Of a stretch of 32,628 nt of DNA, positions 1 to 11,550 are shown in pieces. Every line of letters begins with the position of its first letter. Within the stretch, counting starts at the first letter, position 1. The DNA comes from Catajapyx aquilonaris (Eukaryota), in contig JYFJ02004364.1 in the NCBI GenBank assembly GCA_000934665.2, positions 1 through 32,628 of the forward strand, read 5' to 3'. The position numbers and the translations under genes were made by a program. Below the pieces are notes generated by a model. That model saw only the letters and a list, made by a program, of their open reading frames with translations, had not been told where the DNA came from and ran no database searches.

Positions 1-98
1 CGCGAGGTCCCGCGACGTGGCGGCTATCCTGAGGCGAGCTCGCCAGCTTCTGGCGACCTAGCGGCAAGCTCGCGGCTATGTTAAATTTTGGTAAGGGT
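1..98. mobile_element. right end of a GC-rich DNA-transposon/MITE-like element
   Basis: GC-rich subrepeats ending ...TTTTGGTAAGGG followed by TA, then an abrupt switch to AT-rich DNA. The partner end is not in the window. Confidence 0.3.
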
Positions 99-547
99 AA
101 ACCAGACATTGGCAAACTGGTTTGATACATCAGGCCTATTCTCCTTATTAAGAAAATGTTGCAATATACGGTATTATTTTATGGCATCACCTGTCTTTTG
201 CTAACATATTCTGAATTGCCGTCATTATCTTGCGTACCTTTATCATGAAACGGTGATTCTGATGCTTTAATTCTAAAGAACTGTGAATGACATCGTTATT
301 GTTATAATTTATATTGTAATTGTAATAGATTGTAAAACCGCTGCACTGGTTGTGAGTAACATTTCGTGTGATTTTTATGGGCGATCTATAGTTAATGCTT
401 TACATTATTTTCCCTCCAGAGAAATTCCAGACCTTGTGCAACCAGTAATAGATGAGACATTTGCATAAAATTACAGGTCACACATGCTAAGGAAATTGTC
501 AAGAAGCAATGGCCGGGTTGAATGAGCAAACACAACAAGTCAGGGGC

Positions 548-912
548 ATACTCCTCTGAAGGGTATGCCATCGAAACACAAGTTAGATTATAGGCTGGAT
601 GATACGGAGGGCGTGGGTTGTAAGAGTGTGGAGAAAACTAGACTGAAATAATATTAGCTGTACTAGTAAACACATTGATTGGAAGCATTCAAAGCAGTAC
701 TGCCGTCAGTTGTAAGAAGACCGTAACTCAAAAACTAGTAAGGGCGAAAGTCGCATGCATGCCGTGCACTAATACACCCTGGCTCAGAGGGGATTAGTGC
801 AGGGCGTGCATGCGACTTTCGCCCTTAGTGGTTTTAGAGGTTACGGTCTTCTTACATCTGACGGCAGAGTAGCTATATTGCCATCAATTGCACAGACTAA
901 GACGCTGGTATA
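548..912. repeat. dispersed repeat, copy 1 (copy 2 at ~5015-5195)
   Basis: atactcctctgaagggta...gctggatgatacgg-gggcgtgggttgtaagagtgtg...cattgattggaagcattca...aagacgctg-tatagt is present at both sites. Confidence 0.8.
700..867. mobile_element. hairpin MITE-like insertion
   Basis: ~75-bp inverted arms ctgccgtcag-tgtaagaagaccgtaac...gttacggtcttcttaca-ctgacggcag. Absent from the 5015-5195 copy of the host repeat. Confidence 0.75.
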
Positions 913-1043
913 GTGACAGCTTTTGAACCACTGGCACATTTGAGGTCAATGGCTGAAACAATCTTTCGACGTTTTAACCCTCCCTAATTAGTTGAAAATA
1001 ATTCAATTGAATTCAATTAAACATTAGATATAAGCAGAAATCA

Positions 1044-1320
1044 ACCGAAGCAGTGGTGGCGGAGGGGATATGGTATCCGACTGCTAATCGGGAGGTCCTG
1101 GGTTCGAATCCCGGTGCCGGCAACTCTAACCGTGGTTTTCTGTGGTTTCCCACGGATCCTCCAGGAGAATTCCGGAGTTGTTTCCTAAACTAATAGGCCA
1201 CAGCCGCCTCCTTCCTTTCCTATCCTATCCCAAAAAGCGCAGTAAAAACGAAAACGAAGAGTTCCAGTCAAAACAAAAAATATCCCCCCTAAGGAGCCGC
1301 CGGCTGATAACGGGGAATGA

Positions 1321-1389
<69 letters not shown>

Positions 1390-1401
1390 TTTATTTTTAT
1401 T
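1044..1401 (+). mobile_element. full-length tRNA-derived SINE with (ATT)n tail
   Basis: A box TGGCGGAGGGG, B box GGTTCGAATCC and (ATT)n tail at 1321-1400. Perfect 16-bp TSD ATATAAGCAGAAATCA at 1028-1043 and 1402-1417. Confidence 0.92.
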
Positions 1402-2832
1402 ATATAAGCAGAAATCACGAGATAATATTGTAGAAGGGGTGGATATCATTGGAAAAGGTCGTTCACCATATCGGGAAATGGAATACCGTAATGACTTTGT
1501 GACAGTTTTTGAGGTTTTCCGTATCAACAGAAACGGTTTAATGATTTTCCATGAAATGTTTTGTTGGTTTTTGTAGCCTCATCCTTCCTCTACATACCCG
1601 TGTGCAGATCATCTAGATAACTTCATCCGTTACAAAAATATTCACATTTACACATTTGTCACAAAGTCACCCCGCAATGCGGAGTGACTTTGTGACAATG
1701 CATGGTCATGCGAGTATTTACACCGAGATGTGTCATATCTCCAGTGAGAGCTTGAGGGCCGATAGCCTGCTCTCTCAGCCACTTATTATAAATAAAACAA
1801 TATAAACACTTTCCACGGTCCAGGCATCAAGAAAATAGAAATAAAAACAGGAGATGGAACGAGTGTTAATAAAGTAGGAAAAAATTATTGGAGGTGTTTC
1901 CATTTACTCTGTCTCATTTGTTAACTTTTTCCGTATACTTTCCAAGAGCTGCACAGGTGACACTGATGATAATCACGCCAAAGAGGACAGTCATTTTGTC
2001 ACCCCAAAAGGTCGGTGTATATACTGCAATCAGATGTATAGGCTACGTACATTTGGTTGGATATGCAATTATTTATTCGCGAGTAGATGATATGCTTCAC
2101 TATTATTAACATTATAAATGTGTCCAGCCGTCAAGCTTGTTTGAGTATAAAATAACCCATCAATAGAGGAGAGTCAGGCTGATCGTGTCCTATAAGGTTT
2201 CCATTTCATACGCAACTTATGTTGATTACATCCGCCGGGACACTTTCGCTCGGGTTTTAGCCGGAAATATTGACTTCAGGGCTTACGCGTATATAAAGCA
2301 GGCAATTGCTTCAAGCAGGTAGACCCGTTCCCAGAGGTACGATACTATTCTTTCTTGATATAGTCACGAAGTCTATTCTAATAGCCTTTGATTATGCGTT
2401 CGTTGAATGACAACAGAATGGGGCTATAATTAAGGACGATTATAGATGCTTTCAAGGCAGAACGATATATATAGTTTGTAGAATAATGGTTTTCTACAGA
2501 ATCAGAGAGAAAATCATTGAAATGAATGCAATATATTATGTACGATGTTAATTTTCTACAAGCACATGTAATGCAAGGCATATATGTTAGTGTAGACGGC
2601 ATCTGTCACAGTTGAATGCGACGATGGGGCAATGGGGCCATTGCCTTCCCTCACGCAGACCGAGTTAGCTGACCTTGCCTGAACAGCCCCTTTTTGTTAT
2701 GGGACTCACTCCCTTTTTGAGCTTCACAATGTGGGGGTGACCAAGAGGAGCTGCTGATATTTGGGAGTCCCTTTGCTGAGGGTATTGTAACTATTGTTGA
2801 GCCGGGGTTCTGGGTTCATTGTTGAGGGATTT

Positions 2833-3020
2833 GGGGGCAGGTTGAACGCACGTGTGCTGAGGTTCAGTGAGTTGCATGTCTTATTCTTCCCATTGTTACA
2901 TCATCAGATATTCTTTATTTTGGGGAAATGTTGAACGCACTTTAAAGTGTATATTCAGTGAATTTATGCGACCTATCCTCCCCCATTATTGCATCATCAA
3001 GTGTTCTTTATTTTTTGGAG
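2833..3020. repeat. diverged tandem duplication (~89 bp x2)
   Basis: gttgaacgcac...ttcagtga...cccatt-tt-catcatca...ttctttattttgg occurs twice in tandem. Confidence 0.7.
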
Positions 3021-3384
3021 TCTATTGTTGCAAAGGTTAAATGAGTAATGTATGGATTGATTCTTTGATTGTGAAGAGGTATTATTTGATTGATGTTTTG
3101 GATGCAACAGGGGAAAGGAAGAGGGATTCGAAGCATATGTCATAGTGTGTTGAAAAGCAGATGCATGGTCTGGCATGTGTGTAATGTGTTTTGTTGGGCA
3201 TTAAATGAGGCAAATTGCCATTATATGATCATTAAGTCCACTGCGCTTGATTTATCACGGACCTATGACCAATAGGTTCCGTTTGGGCCTCATCCTCTCC
3301 TTGTCCTGTGACAGCATCACTTGACCGAAAATTGATTAAAGAAAATACTTGATTGTATAGTGAGGAATGTCTAATTAACTTATA

Positions 3385-3508
3385 CAGGGTGTCACAACTT
3401 TTTTGTCCGATCAGTTATTGGAAAAGCCTATGTATCTTCTAGCTATGTAGCCAGAAAATACATAGGCTTTTCCAATAACTGATCGGACAAAAAAGTTGAG
3501 ACACCCTG
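3385..3508. mobile_element. Tc1/mariner-type hairpin MITE
   Basis: TA|CAGGGTGTC...GACACCCTG|TA, near-perfect 124-bp palindrome. Confidence 0.85.
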
Positions 3509-3918
3509 TATATTATACCTGCAGCTGTAGAATAGTTCTTACACAAGCCCTTAGGCTTAATTACTCTATACCAGTCGTTTCATTATATATTATGTTGCCC
3601 ATAGTGACCTCAGTACTATACTGTAAAATAATGTGAACATGTTGTAACTTTGTAGGCATGACTCGATGCTTTCTCGTGGTGCATCAACACATTTGAAGTG
3701 CCCCAGCCATGCAGCAGAGAGATATCATGTCAATAAGATGGTGTCAGTACACTCTTGTGGTTGCAGACAGAACTGGGAACTGATCGTAAGTATCCTTTTA
3801 GCCAACTCTGTGCAGTGACCTTGCCTATGTGGCAGTATCCTGCCACTACCATGAAACCGCGTGCATAACTTTCTCTGCACTCGCGCACCCAATGTAAATG
3901 GGCTTTGGACGTGTGTTT

Positions 3919-4330
3919 CTATAGTACCTTGTTGCAGTCAGTTAGGTACAGCACCCATGCTTCATCCAGTGACATGATATGTTTTCGTCTTTCACCAGCT
4001 AATTGTCTCTCGTACATCTTTCTCCAGTTGGTCTTGCTCTCTGCAATGTGACTCAGTTTCAGCGCATGAACTTTGACTTTGTGACGTACTTCCAAGTTCA
4101 GATCTTGCGATGAACAGTTGACGGGGACACTGCCACACATGCTGCGAGGTGCCCTTGGGTGTTTGGATTCTCCTTTGTCACCATTACGTGTCTTCGTCAC
4201 CTCCGGTGTTCGGTGCAGTGTGGGGTGTCACTTCTGGCCGTGCCCTGAGGTACCAGCAACAGTTGATGTGGCGAATTTGTTATACGATTCAACACTGTGT
4301 TGATTGATCCCTCTGTCTGGCATGGTGAAA
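3919..4330 (-). pseudogene. Tc1/mariner-superfamily transposase fragment (HTH to first catalytic Asp)
   Basis: ...RTPEV...QDLNLEVRHKVKVHAL...NWRKMYERQLAG...IMSLDEAW resembles the Tc1/mariner linker and DE motif. Frameshifts and stops are present. Confidence 0.65.
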
Positions 4331-4469
4331 TATTTTAGCTCATACTGATTCCTGATCTGACTGTACTTATATTCCGCGTTGGAAAGAGCAACAATATACC
4401 TTTCCCAAAAGGGAATTATTTTTGAAGGCATGCCCCAAAAAGGAATCCCCCAAAATGGTAAATTCAAGG

Positions 4470-4885
4470 TGGTGCAAAACTATTTCTTGGTGGTACAAAA
4501 CTCGCCACACTCTGTAGAGTCATATTCTAGCGTTTATTCACCAAAAAGGTGAACCTGGAGTGCTATATAATACCACTTTTTTTCAAAATCACAATTTGAA
4601 TAACCCGCGCTCCTGCGTGAAACTTTGAGTGGATTTTTTTTCGCATAAGGAGAGGGTTGCAAAACTGGATGTTGGTGGTACAAAAGGGTGCAAAATGAGG
4701 AGAATCTGATAGGCCAAAGAAACCGTTACTTTGAGTGACTTGCGCTCCAGCGTAAACTTGGAGTGCAAATTTGTTTCCTTAATAACTCAGTAACTATAGG
4801 GATGCAAAACTCTTTCTTGATGGTACAAAATGTTGCAAAATTCCTGCACATGTTTTATTGTTCTAGCTCAACCTTGCACTCCAAG
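4470..4885. repeat. three diverged ~150-185 bp subrepeats, probably a subterminal DNA-transposon region
   Basis: tgcaaaact.....ttg-tggtacaaaa at ~4473, ~4658 and ~4804. gcgctcc-gcgt-aaactt-gagtg occurs twice. Confidence 0.55.
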
Positions 4886-5870
4886 TTAATAGACCTTTTA
4901 AAATTCCATACACAACCGGCCTGCGAGCTCGAAGACCTCGATTTTTGGCACGACCAATTGGTGCCCTTAACCTGCACCTCACAGTGTTTAGGGGCAGTTC
5001 ATTGGTTGGGGACAATACTCCTCTGAAGGGTAGGACATTGAAACACAAGTGAGATTATTCGCTGGATGATACGGTGGGCGTGGGTTGTAAGAGTGTGCGG
5101 AAAACTAAACAGAAATAATATTAGCTACATTGATTGGAAGCATTCACTGAAGTACCGTAGTATATTAATATTACCATTTAAGACGCTGCTATAGTCTCTT
5201 AATATTCAGTAACCTGGTCAGTTTGATTGAAGTAGGCCTAATATTTTCCTCTCATTGGTACTTTACCTGAAACATTTTCTTTCTCAATATGAAGCAATTT
5301 AATGGCGATCGATTTCATTATAGGAACGAACTCTTCATAGCTCTGTGAATAGGAGAAAGGGTATGGTAAGGTATCCTGGAAATTAATCAGCAGTACTGGT
5401 TTGCGTTACTTAGAGTAACGCGGATCTTATTCACTTGCTTTACACACGTGTCAACTACACATCAAGACCAAATTTTTATCAAATGCAGAGTAATATTATT
5501 CACAAGCCTAAACATGACATATAGCCTAATATTACTGCGTGTGGAAAATATACTGCATGAGCATACGATATTATTTCTTTCAGTCCATATTAGTTTAGCC
5601 GTCACGGCTCGGGATAGGCTAATTAGATTACGATGTTATTGAAGGTAGAAATACGACTGGGCGTTTTAAATCCGGATTTGTGCTTGACTATGACGAAATA
5701 TTAAAAAAGTGCACTTGACAGAGTGAGAGTGTGCCACTGTGTTTTTACCCCTATTTCGCTGATTTTCATGTGTATACCAGTGATGGGATGAGTTTACGTG
5801 AAGAGGATCGGTCAGAAGCTTTGGTAGAAATCAACATTTTTAAAGTGAAAAAAGTGAAAAATTTAATATA

Positions 5871-6297
5871 CAGGGTGTATCTGAACTCAGTGCCCCGACG
5901 TATATGACTGCCTTCCTAGCCACCAGAGGATCGATTTAAGTATAGGAGTCATTATGTCTGGGCAGCCTCATTACTGAGACACACTCTTCAGCGATTTTTG
6001 CCTAATCGCTCCTTCTGACTTTTAAATAGAATTTTCTGGTGTAACTAGCCAAAGAGGCCTTACCACCTGTGGGCAACAAACCAACAAAGTCCGGCCCCCA
6101 GACCTTCCAGAGCCTTCTGACTGGGGGAGGGTTCGATGGGTGGCCTAACCGACAGGATATTTTGTACTACATGTTTGCGGCCAATTATCTCCGTAATGAG
6201 GCTGCCCAGACATATGACTCCTATACTTAAATCGATCCTCTGGTGGCTGGGAAGGCAGTCATATATACGTCGGGGCACTGAGTTCAGATACACCCTG
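5871..6297. mobile_element. Tc1/mariner-type MITE
   Basis: TA|CAGGGTGTATCTGAACTCAGTG...CACTGAGTTCAGATACACCCTG|TA, with ~105-bp TIRs. Confidence 0.9.
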
Positions 6298-8429
6298 TAT
6301 ATAGCCAATGCTACCAGAGGAGCTGTGTTACAGAGAAGATCAGGCCAAGAAAAAGATAAGACATTCCATACAGCAATAAAAATCGGGGGAGTGGTGTTAA
6401 CATAGTATAAACAGGAAACCTTGGGTTTCAATGTTTTGTTGGTTTTTAAAAATTCAATTTTACCTGTGTGCCTACCTAGCTAATCCTCTTCACAAGTTTA
6501 TACATTTTCTCTGTGAAGGCCTATTTCTAGTTCCTTCAGTTAGTATTCGTTAGTATTATATGTCTAATTGTTTGCAATTCGTTTCCAGTTGTATAGGCCT
6601 ATTTCGTTCTTGTAACAATCTCACCCCCTTATATCCCCCCCTCACTTAGCACAGAAATTATTTTCACACATGAACTGATATGTGAGATGTGCAGCAATGT
6701 TGTGTATTATTATATTAGTTCAAGATATCGATATTATTCTGGTTTGCTCGTAAGAAAAACCTCAAATTGTGGCACAGTCTCACCCCGTTTGACCCTCCGC
6801 TACGAATTACATGTATGCTCATTCTGCTTATTAACTTTACAGAAGGAATGGTGGGGGGGGGGAGGCGGTAGATAACTAACTGCCTACCCGCGAGAAAAGT
6901 GTAAATACGGCCTTGCTGGTAATACTAATATAACAAGACAATTTGTGTATCCATTACATGCAATTACATATGCTGGGAAAATAAGTTGTTGCTCATGTTC
7001 TCCAACCTGCTGTAGACTATGAATAAACCACATTTGAGCTTCATGAAGTGACAGTGAGCAAGCACCACATCTGCAGTGATTATTTTAAATGAATTTTATG
7101 GCATTGTTTGTTAGACCTATATCACCTATATCACTGCAAATCGGTGCTCATAGTGCCCCGTGCTAAAGCTGTACTGATCCAAAAATTAATGTTCTGTCAC
7201 TCCATTGTTCCTGTGATATATGTATTAATAGCATGTGTATATAAAATTACTCATTATGTGTTTACGAAATGGTATTATTTTATTAGATTACTTTACTCAT
7301 ATTTACAGGAGCAGTGGTATATTTTAACAGGCCACACAAGAGCTGGTGGCCTTATAGAAGAGAGAGAGAATAATTGAAGAAAAGGGTTGTGCCCAAGGAG
7401 ACAAACAAGACTTTGGAGTTGACAGGCAAAACAAGACCAAGCCTACTCCTGTTCATTTGACATTACATCAGAACGGATATGATTATCCAGATGATGAGTT
7501 CTTAGGGCTTCAGCAATGGCTGAGAGAAAACTCCACTACACATAGTTTAATAATTCTGGAATACATGAAGAAGACTTTTGCAAAACTACATGATGGTATT
7601 CAAAAGAGAGCAGGCGCAGTTTCAGCCAATATTGATGTTATGGCGACTTTGTGATACAGCTGCGTGGTGAAGCGATCTTGACTGCAAGTGACAGCCTATA
7701 CCATTCATTAACAAATAATGTACATGTAAAATTCCCTGATCTACTTTACAGGTGGAGCAAGAGCTTGTGAGGCTGCATGGTCAAGAGATAAGTGAACAGT
7801 TCTGCAGGAAATTAGGTTCAGTTTCACAACAAATAATTACGTACGCCGAAAAATGTGGCCATACAAGCACACAAAAACGTGCCAAAGAGATTAAAGAACA
7901 GCTAGACTGTTTGCCATCAGAAGGTTAGTAAATTGTTGCAATTTATAAGTGAACATTAAATATCTTATCAGTATATCAATGGGAGGGGTCACCTAGAGTT
8001 TGGTGTTTGTTTCAATGAAAGGGCCTTTAAAATATCTATGGAATACATAATTATTCACATTGCTTGTTCCCATTTGGGAAAGTATGATTTTTATATTCTC
8101 ATATTATTGCACTGCCAAGACCCTTGAGCAAGGAAGATGCTGAAAATGTCCACGAAAAAATTATTAACAAAGATTAAACACAGTTAATTATTTAGGCATG
8201 AACATAATTAAAAAGCAGACACATATGGGTTATGCTTTGTAATAACTTTTCCATGCCATTGGCTTTATTTCAGTGCAAAGCATCAATACAGCTTATCCAG
8301 CTTACCATACATTTTTTGCCACAAGAGGTCATAAGAGTTAAGAAAGGATCAAAAATATCACAGATCAGACTTCCTGTGGAGACATACAGCAGATATTTCA
8401 TCGACTATGTACCAGTAAGTGAGAACATA

Positions 8430-8887
8430 CAGAGTGGACCAACTTCAAGTGTCGTTTTATAACGGCGATCAATAGCAGTGATTTTGAGATGACGCGTCAT
8501 CTCAAAATCACTGCTATTAATCGCTATTAACCGCCACATTTTACACGTCGCAGCTACGTCATGACGTAGCTGCGACGTGTAAAATGTCCCACTTCGGCGC
8601 CATCGAAAATATTAGCTGCCGATAGCAGCTCATGTGTAATCAACCCTGCTGCTGGGTTGACCTGGAAAAAGTAGGTGCACACATGACCTGAAATCACCTG
8701 AGATGCGCCTGGGTGAAATGGGTGACGCCCAAGGCACCGGATGGACCTGTAATGCATTTGCTGCTATTGGCAGCTAATATTTTCGATGGCGCCTAAGTGG
8801 GCCATTTTACACGTCGCTGCTACGCCAATCGTAAAGCGCTTCTATTAATAGCCGTTATAAAACGACACTTGAAGTTGGTCCACCCTG
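8430..8887. mobile_element. Tc1/mariner-type MITE with internal hairpins
   Basis: TA|CAGAGTGGACCAACTTCAAGTGTCGTTTTATAACGGC...GCCGTTATAAAACGACACTTGAAGTTGGTCCACCCTG|TA. Confidence 0.85.
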
Positions 8888-8913
8888 TATATTGGCAATG
8901 AAACAATGTTGTA

Positions 8914-9074
8914 CAGTACTGGCCAATAATCGAGGCAACGACTAGCGACATTTTCCCGAAGCGGCATAGAAGGAATCATGCTCGCCCGGCTTGAAGCATG
9001 CTTATCTTCGATTCCTTCTTCTGCCGCTTCGGGAAAATGTCGCTAGTCGTTGCCTCGATTATTGGCCAGTACTG
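8914..9074. mobile_element. Tc1-type hairpin MITE
   Basis: TA|CAGTACTGGCCAATAATCGAGGC...GCCTCGATTATTGGCCAGTACTG|TA, with ~65-bp arms. Confidence 0.88.
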
Positions 9075-9447
9075 TACGGTCTTATTTACTTTTAATTTAC
9101 AGTTGGGAACAAGAACAAACATAGACTAGTTTGTCAAGCATGATCGGACTCTTGACAACAACAGTCGAACACAGCCGTTCATAGTTGTGACAGCCGACAG
9201 GAAGGAGTAGTAATGCTGTAGTGTAGAGTCCAGCACAGCAGCTCTTTATTATCTTTGAGAACGAGGCAGTACCCATACCCAGCCTCATCAAAGCTGTGGA
9301 TCTCTGCTATAAGTATTTTCATATACTACATGTTCACTATCCAATCCAGGTAAAAAAATGTGTTGTTATTCATAAAAACTGCTTTGTACAAGATGGTCAC
9401 AGAGACCAAAACATTACCTTCATGTGTTCTTGATAGCAATCAGTCCC

Positions 9448-9710
9448 CGGACACTTATACTACATTCTGAGCTTATCGCCTGCCGAGGGGTTTTGCAGCG
9501 GGTGCTCACCACCATGAGACATTTCCCGGAGCAATTTTGTGGCGACCCTTCCGGACTAGGCTGAACTTTATAGGTACGAAAGGGAAGCGCTACATGTGGG
9601 CCCAACATGGCCGCCGCTCCGGGAAATGTCTCGTGGCGCTCTCAGGTGAGCACCCGCTGCAAAACGCCCCGGCAGGGGGTGGGTGGGAGTGACCTAACCT
9701 GAGTCTTCTA
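9448..9710. mobile_element. palindromic non-autonomous element, internally deleted copy (same family as 13546-13910)
   Basis: Shares arms cctgccgggg-gttttgcag-ggtgctcacc...ggtgag-acc--ctgcaaaacgccccggcagg and similar flanks with the 13546-13910 copy. Confidence 0.75.
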
Positions 9711-9773
9711 AAACCATGATAGCAATACTCATCTCGATTTGTAAACATCCTACATTACATTACCATGATAAAA

Positions 9774-10330
9774 ATGAAGTGCGTTTAAATGTTTGAAAAC
9801 TTACAACACTGCACAAATTATGTGCTCACTTGAATAAGTATCACCTACTTCAAGATGGGGATACAATTCGTTGTATTCAAGAAAATTGTTCAGGAGTGTT
9901 TACTAAACTATTTAACTTTATAGGATACATTTAATACGAGCTCGTGGCAATGTTACAACACATACAACAAGTACCGGCAAGAGCTCTTGGTACCGGTAAC
10001 GGCAGACTTGATTATCCATCAGATCAATATAGGTTTACCAAGAATCACTGCCAAGAATGTTACACCCACAGCTTCCCCGCAGGGAGACAGCAATGTTGAC
10101 TTTCTAGAAATTGCAGCATGATTTTGCTCCAATCTGCTCAGTTTACCCACCATGATGACTTGCAGTAACGCTTTCCTTGCAGTAGGAATGGCATCCAACA
10201 TTATTTCAGAGAAGTAGCACCACATTTGAAAAAAGAGATTATACAACAACCATCCAACAATGTTGATGTCAGTCCTGCCCAAGAAAGCAAGAAATCATTC
10301 TAACCCCCTCTGGATGCAACATGACCAATG
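9774..10330 (+). pseudogene. decayed N-terminus of a probable EnSpm/CACTA-type transposase (C2H2 fingers)
   Basis: Frameshifted MKC-FKC...LCAHLNKYH...IRCIQENCSGVFTKLFNF-RIHLIRA, then AA*FCSNLLSLP and NPL. Lies directly downstream of the SAMD3-like gene and is cut by a MITE at 10331. Confidence 0.5.
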
Positions 10331-10913
10331 TAGTAAAACTTCTATGTCGAATCTCCATGTGACCGGAAAAAAAACTTCCAGTTACCGTATAGAAGATTCG
10401 AGTTAGAGAAGTTTGGATTTTTTAAAGCACATAACTCTGGAAGCCTACCTTTATATCCAGCGACAAAAGGTGTTCAAAACTTAAAAATAACGGTCATTGT
10501 TACGCTTACAATGTTCCTCGCTGTTTTGTTGTAAAAAGAAATCTCCGTTGTGGACATTTGCCTACTCTTAGATTCAAGGATTCAATTGTCACAATCGAGT
10601 CAAACACTTCTTTCGGTACATCTGGTAGACAGAGATCAGGAAATTGAGCCTTTCTGTACATGTGGCCTACTCTCGACCCTTCGGCTGGGAAATGAGAAAG
10701 TTCCGGTACTCGCCAACATGAACTTTGACTTAGGGAGACTGAAAATATATTGATATCCCATCGTAAGGCTCTGCCACCACTTCGAGTTATGGAGAACTTC
10801 GAGTTATAGAAATGCGAGTTAGGGAAGTTTATTTCCTATTATTTTACATTGTGACCAACCAAGCTCATCATTTTCTTCGACTTAGGGAAGTTCGACTTAT
10901 AGAAGTTTTACTG
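10331..10913. mobile_element. pogo/Tigger-like MITE
   Basis: Ends (c/t)AGTAAAACTTCTAT..TCGAA and TTCGACTTATAGAAGTTTTACTG|TA, with repeated TTCGAGTTA motifs. Confidence 0.75.
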
Positions 10914-11037
10914 TAATTTAAAATGTGGCAATAGAGTGGCAGTATCTCAATCTCCATAAGTGTGGTACCTAAACTATTTCAGTAACCTCCATTAAGCAGT
11001 TATTATATTTTCTAAAAGCTCAAGTAGGTTTGGGCCA

Positions 11038-11371
11038 TCACAATGTAAAATAATAGGAAATAAACTTCCCTAACTCGCATTTCTATAACTCGAAGTTCTC
11101 CATAACTCGAAGTGGTGGCAGAGCCTTACGATGGGATATCAATATATTTTCAGTCTCCCTAAGTCAAAGTTCATGTTGGCGAGTACCGGAACTTTCTCAT
11201 TTCCCAGCCGAAGGGTCGAGAGTAGGCCACATGTACAGAAAGGCTCAATTTCCTGATCTCAGTCTACCAGATGTACCGAAAGAAGTGTTTGACTCGATTG
11301 TGACAATTGAATCATTGAATCTAAGAGTAGGCAAATGTCCACAACGGAGATTTCTTTTTACAACAAAACAG
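11038..11371. repeat. inverted duplicate of 10521-10854
   Basis: 334-bp reverse complement with two mismatches seen by eye, separated by a 183-bp spacer. Confidence 0.92.
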
Positions 11372-11474
11372 AAAGAGCGACTAGAACAAACATTAAGCCA
11401 CAGTATTGTAGCTGCAACTACGGTGAGTTAGAAAAACCTCATCAATGTTCAGGTACAGCAATTCATTCCCGAAC

Positions 11475-11550
11475 TCCCAGGCGGGGATTGAACCCGCGGG
11501 ATCTTTCGCACAGCTAGCCGAGACGTTACCATCTCGCCCACCACGCCTCC
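11475..11550 (-). mobile_element. tRNA-like SINE head / tRNA pseudogene
   Basis: Minus strand GGTGGGCGAGATGGTAACG...GCGGGTTCAATCCCCGCC has A/B-box-like motifs but no clean cloverleaf. Confidence 0.5.

Larger units (their letters stand above)
7309..9420 (+). pseudogene. decayed multi-exon SAMD3-like / EnSpm accessory-protein gene
   Basis: Exons ~7309-7660, 7752-7923, 8274-8414 and 9103-~9420, mostly with AG/GT ends. Peptides QQWLRENST..EYMKKTF, VEQELVRL, TQPFIVV, SLIKAVDLCYKYFHILHVHYP..VLLFIKTALY. In-frame stops and frameshifts. The family was recognised from motif memory only. Confidence 0.6.

Noticed and set aside
1050..1122. Possible tRNA gene
   Set aside because: It is the head of a TSD-flanked SINE with a body and tail.
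1142..1576. Poly-Leu/Ile/Asn ORFs
   Set aside because: These are translations of the SINE (ATT)n tail.
2118..2610. Possible solo LTR (TG...CA)
   Set aside because: No TSD, PBS or PPT could be confirmed.
4470..4885. CRISPR-like spaced repeats
   Set aside because: Degenerate repeats with long, related spacers in a eukaryotic context with no cas genes.
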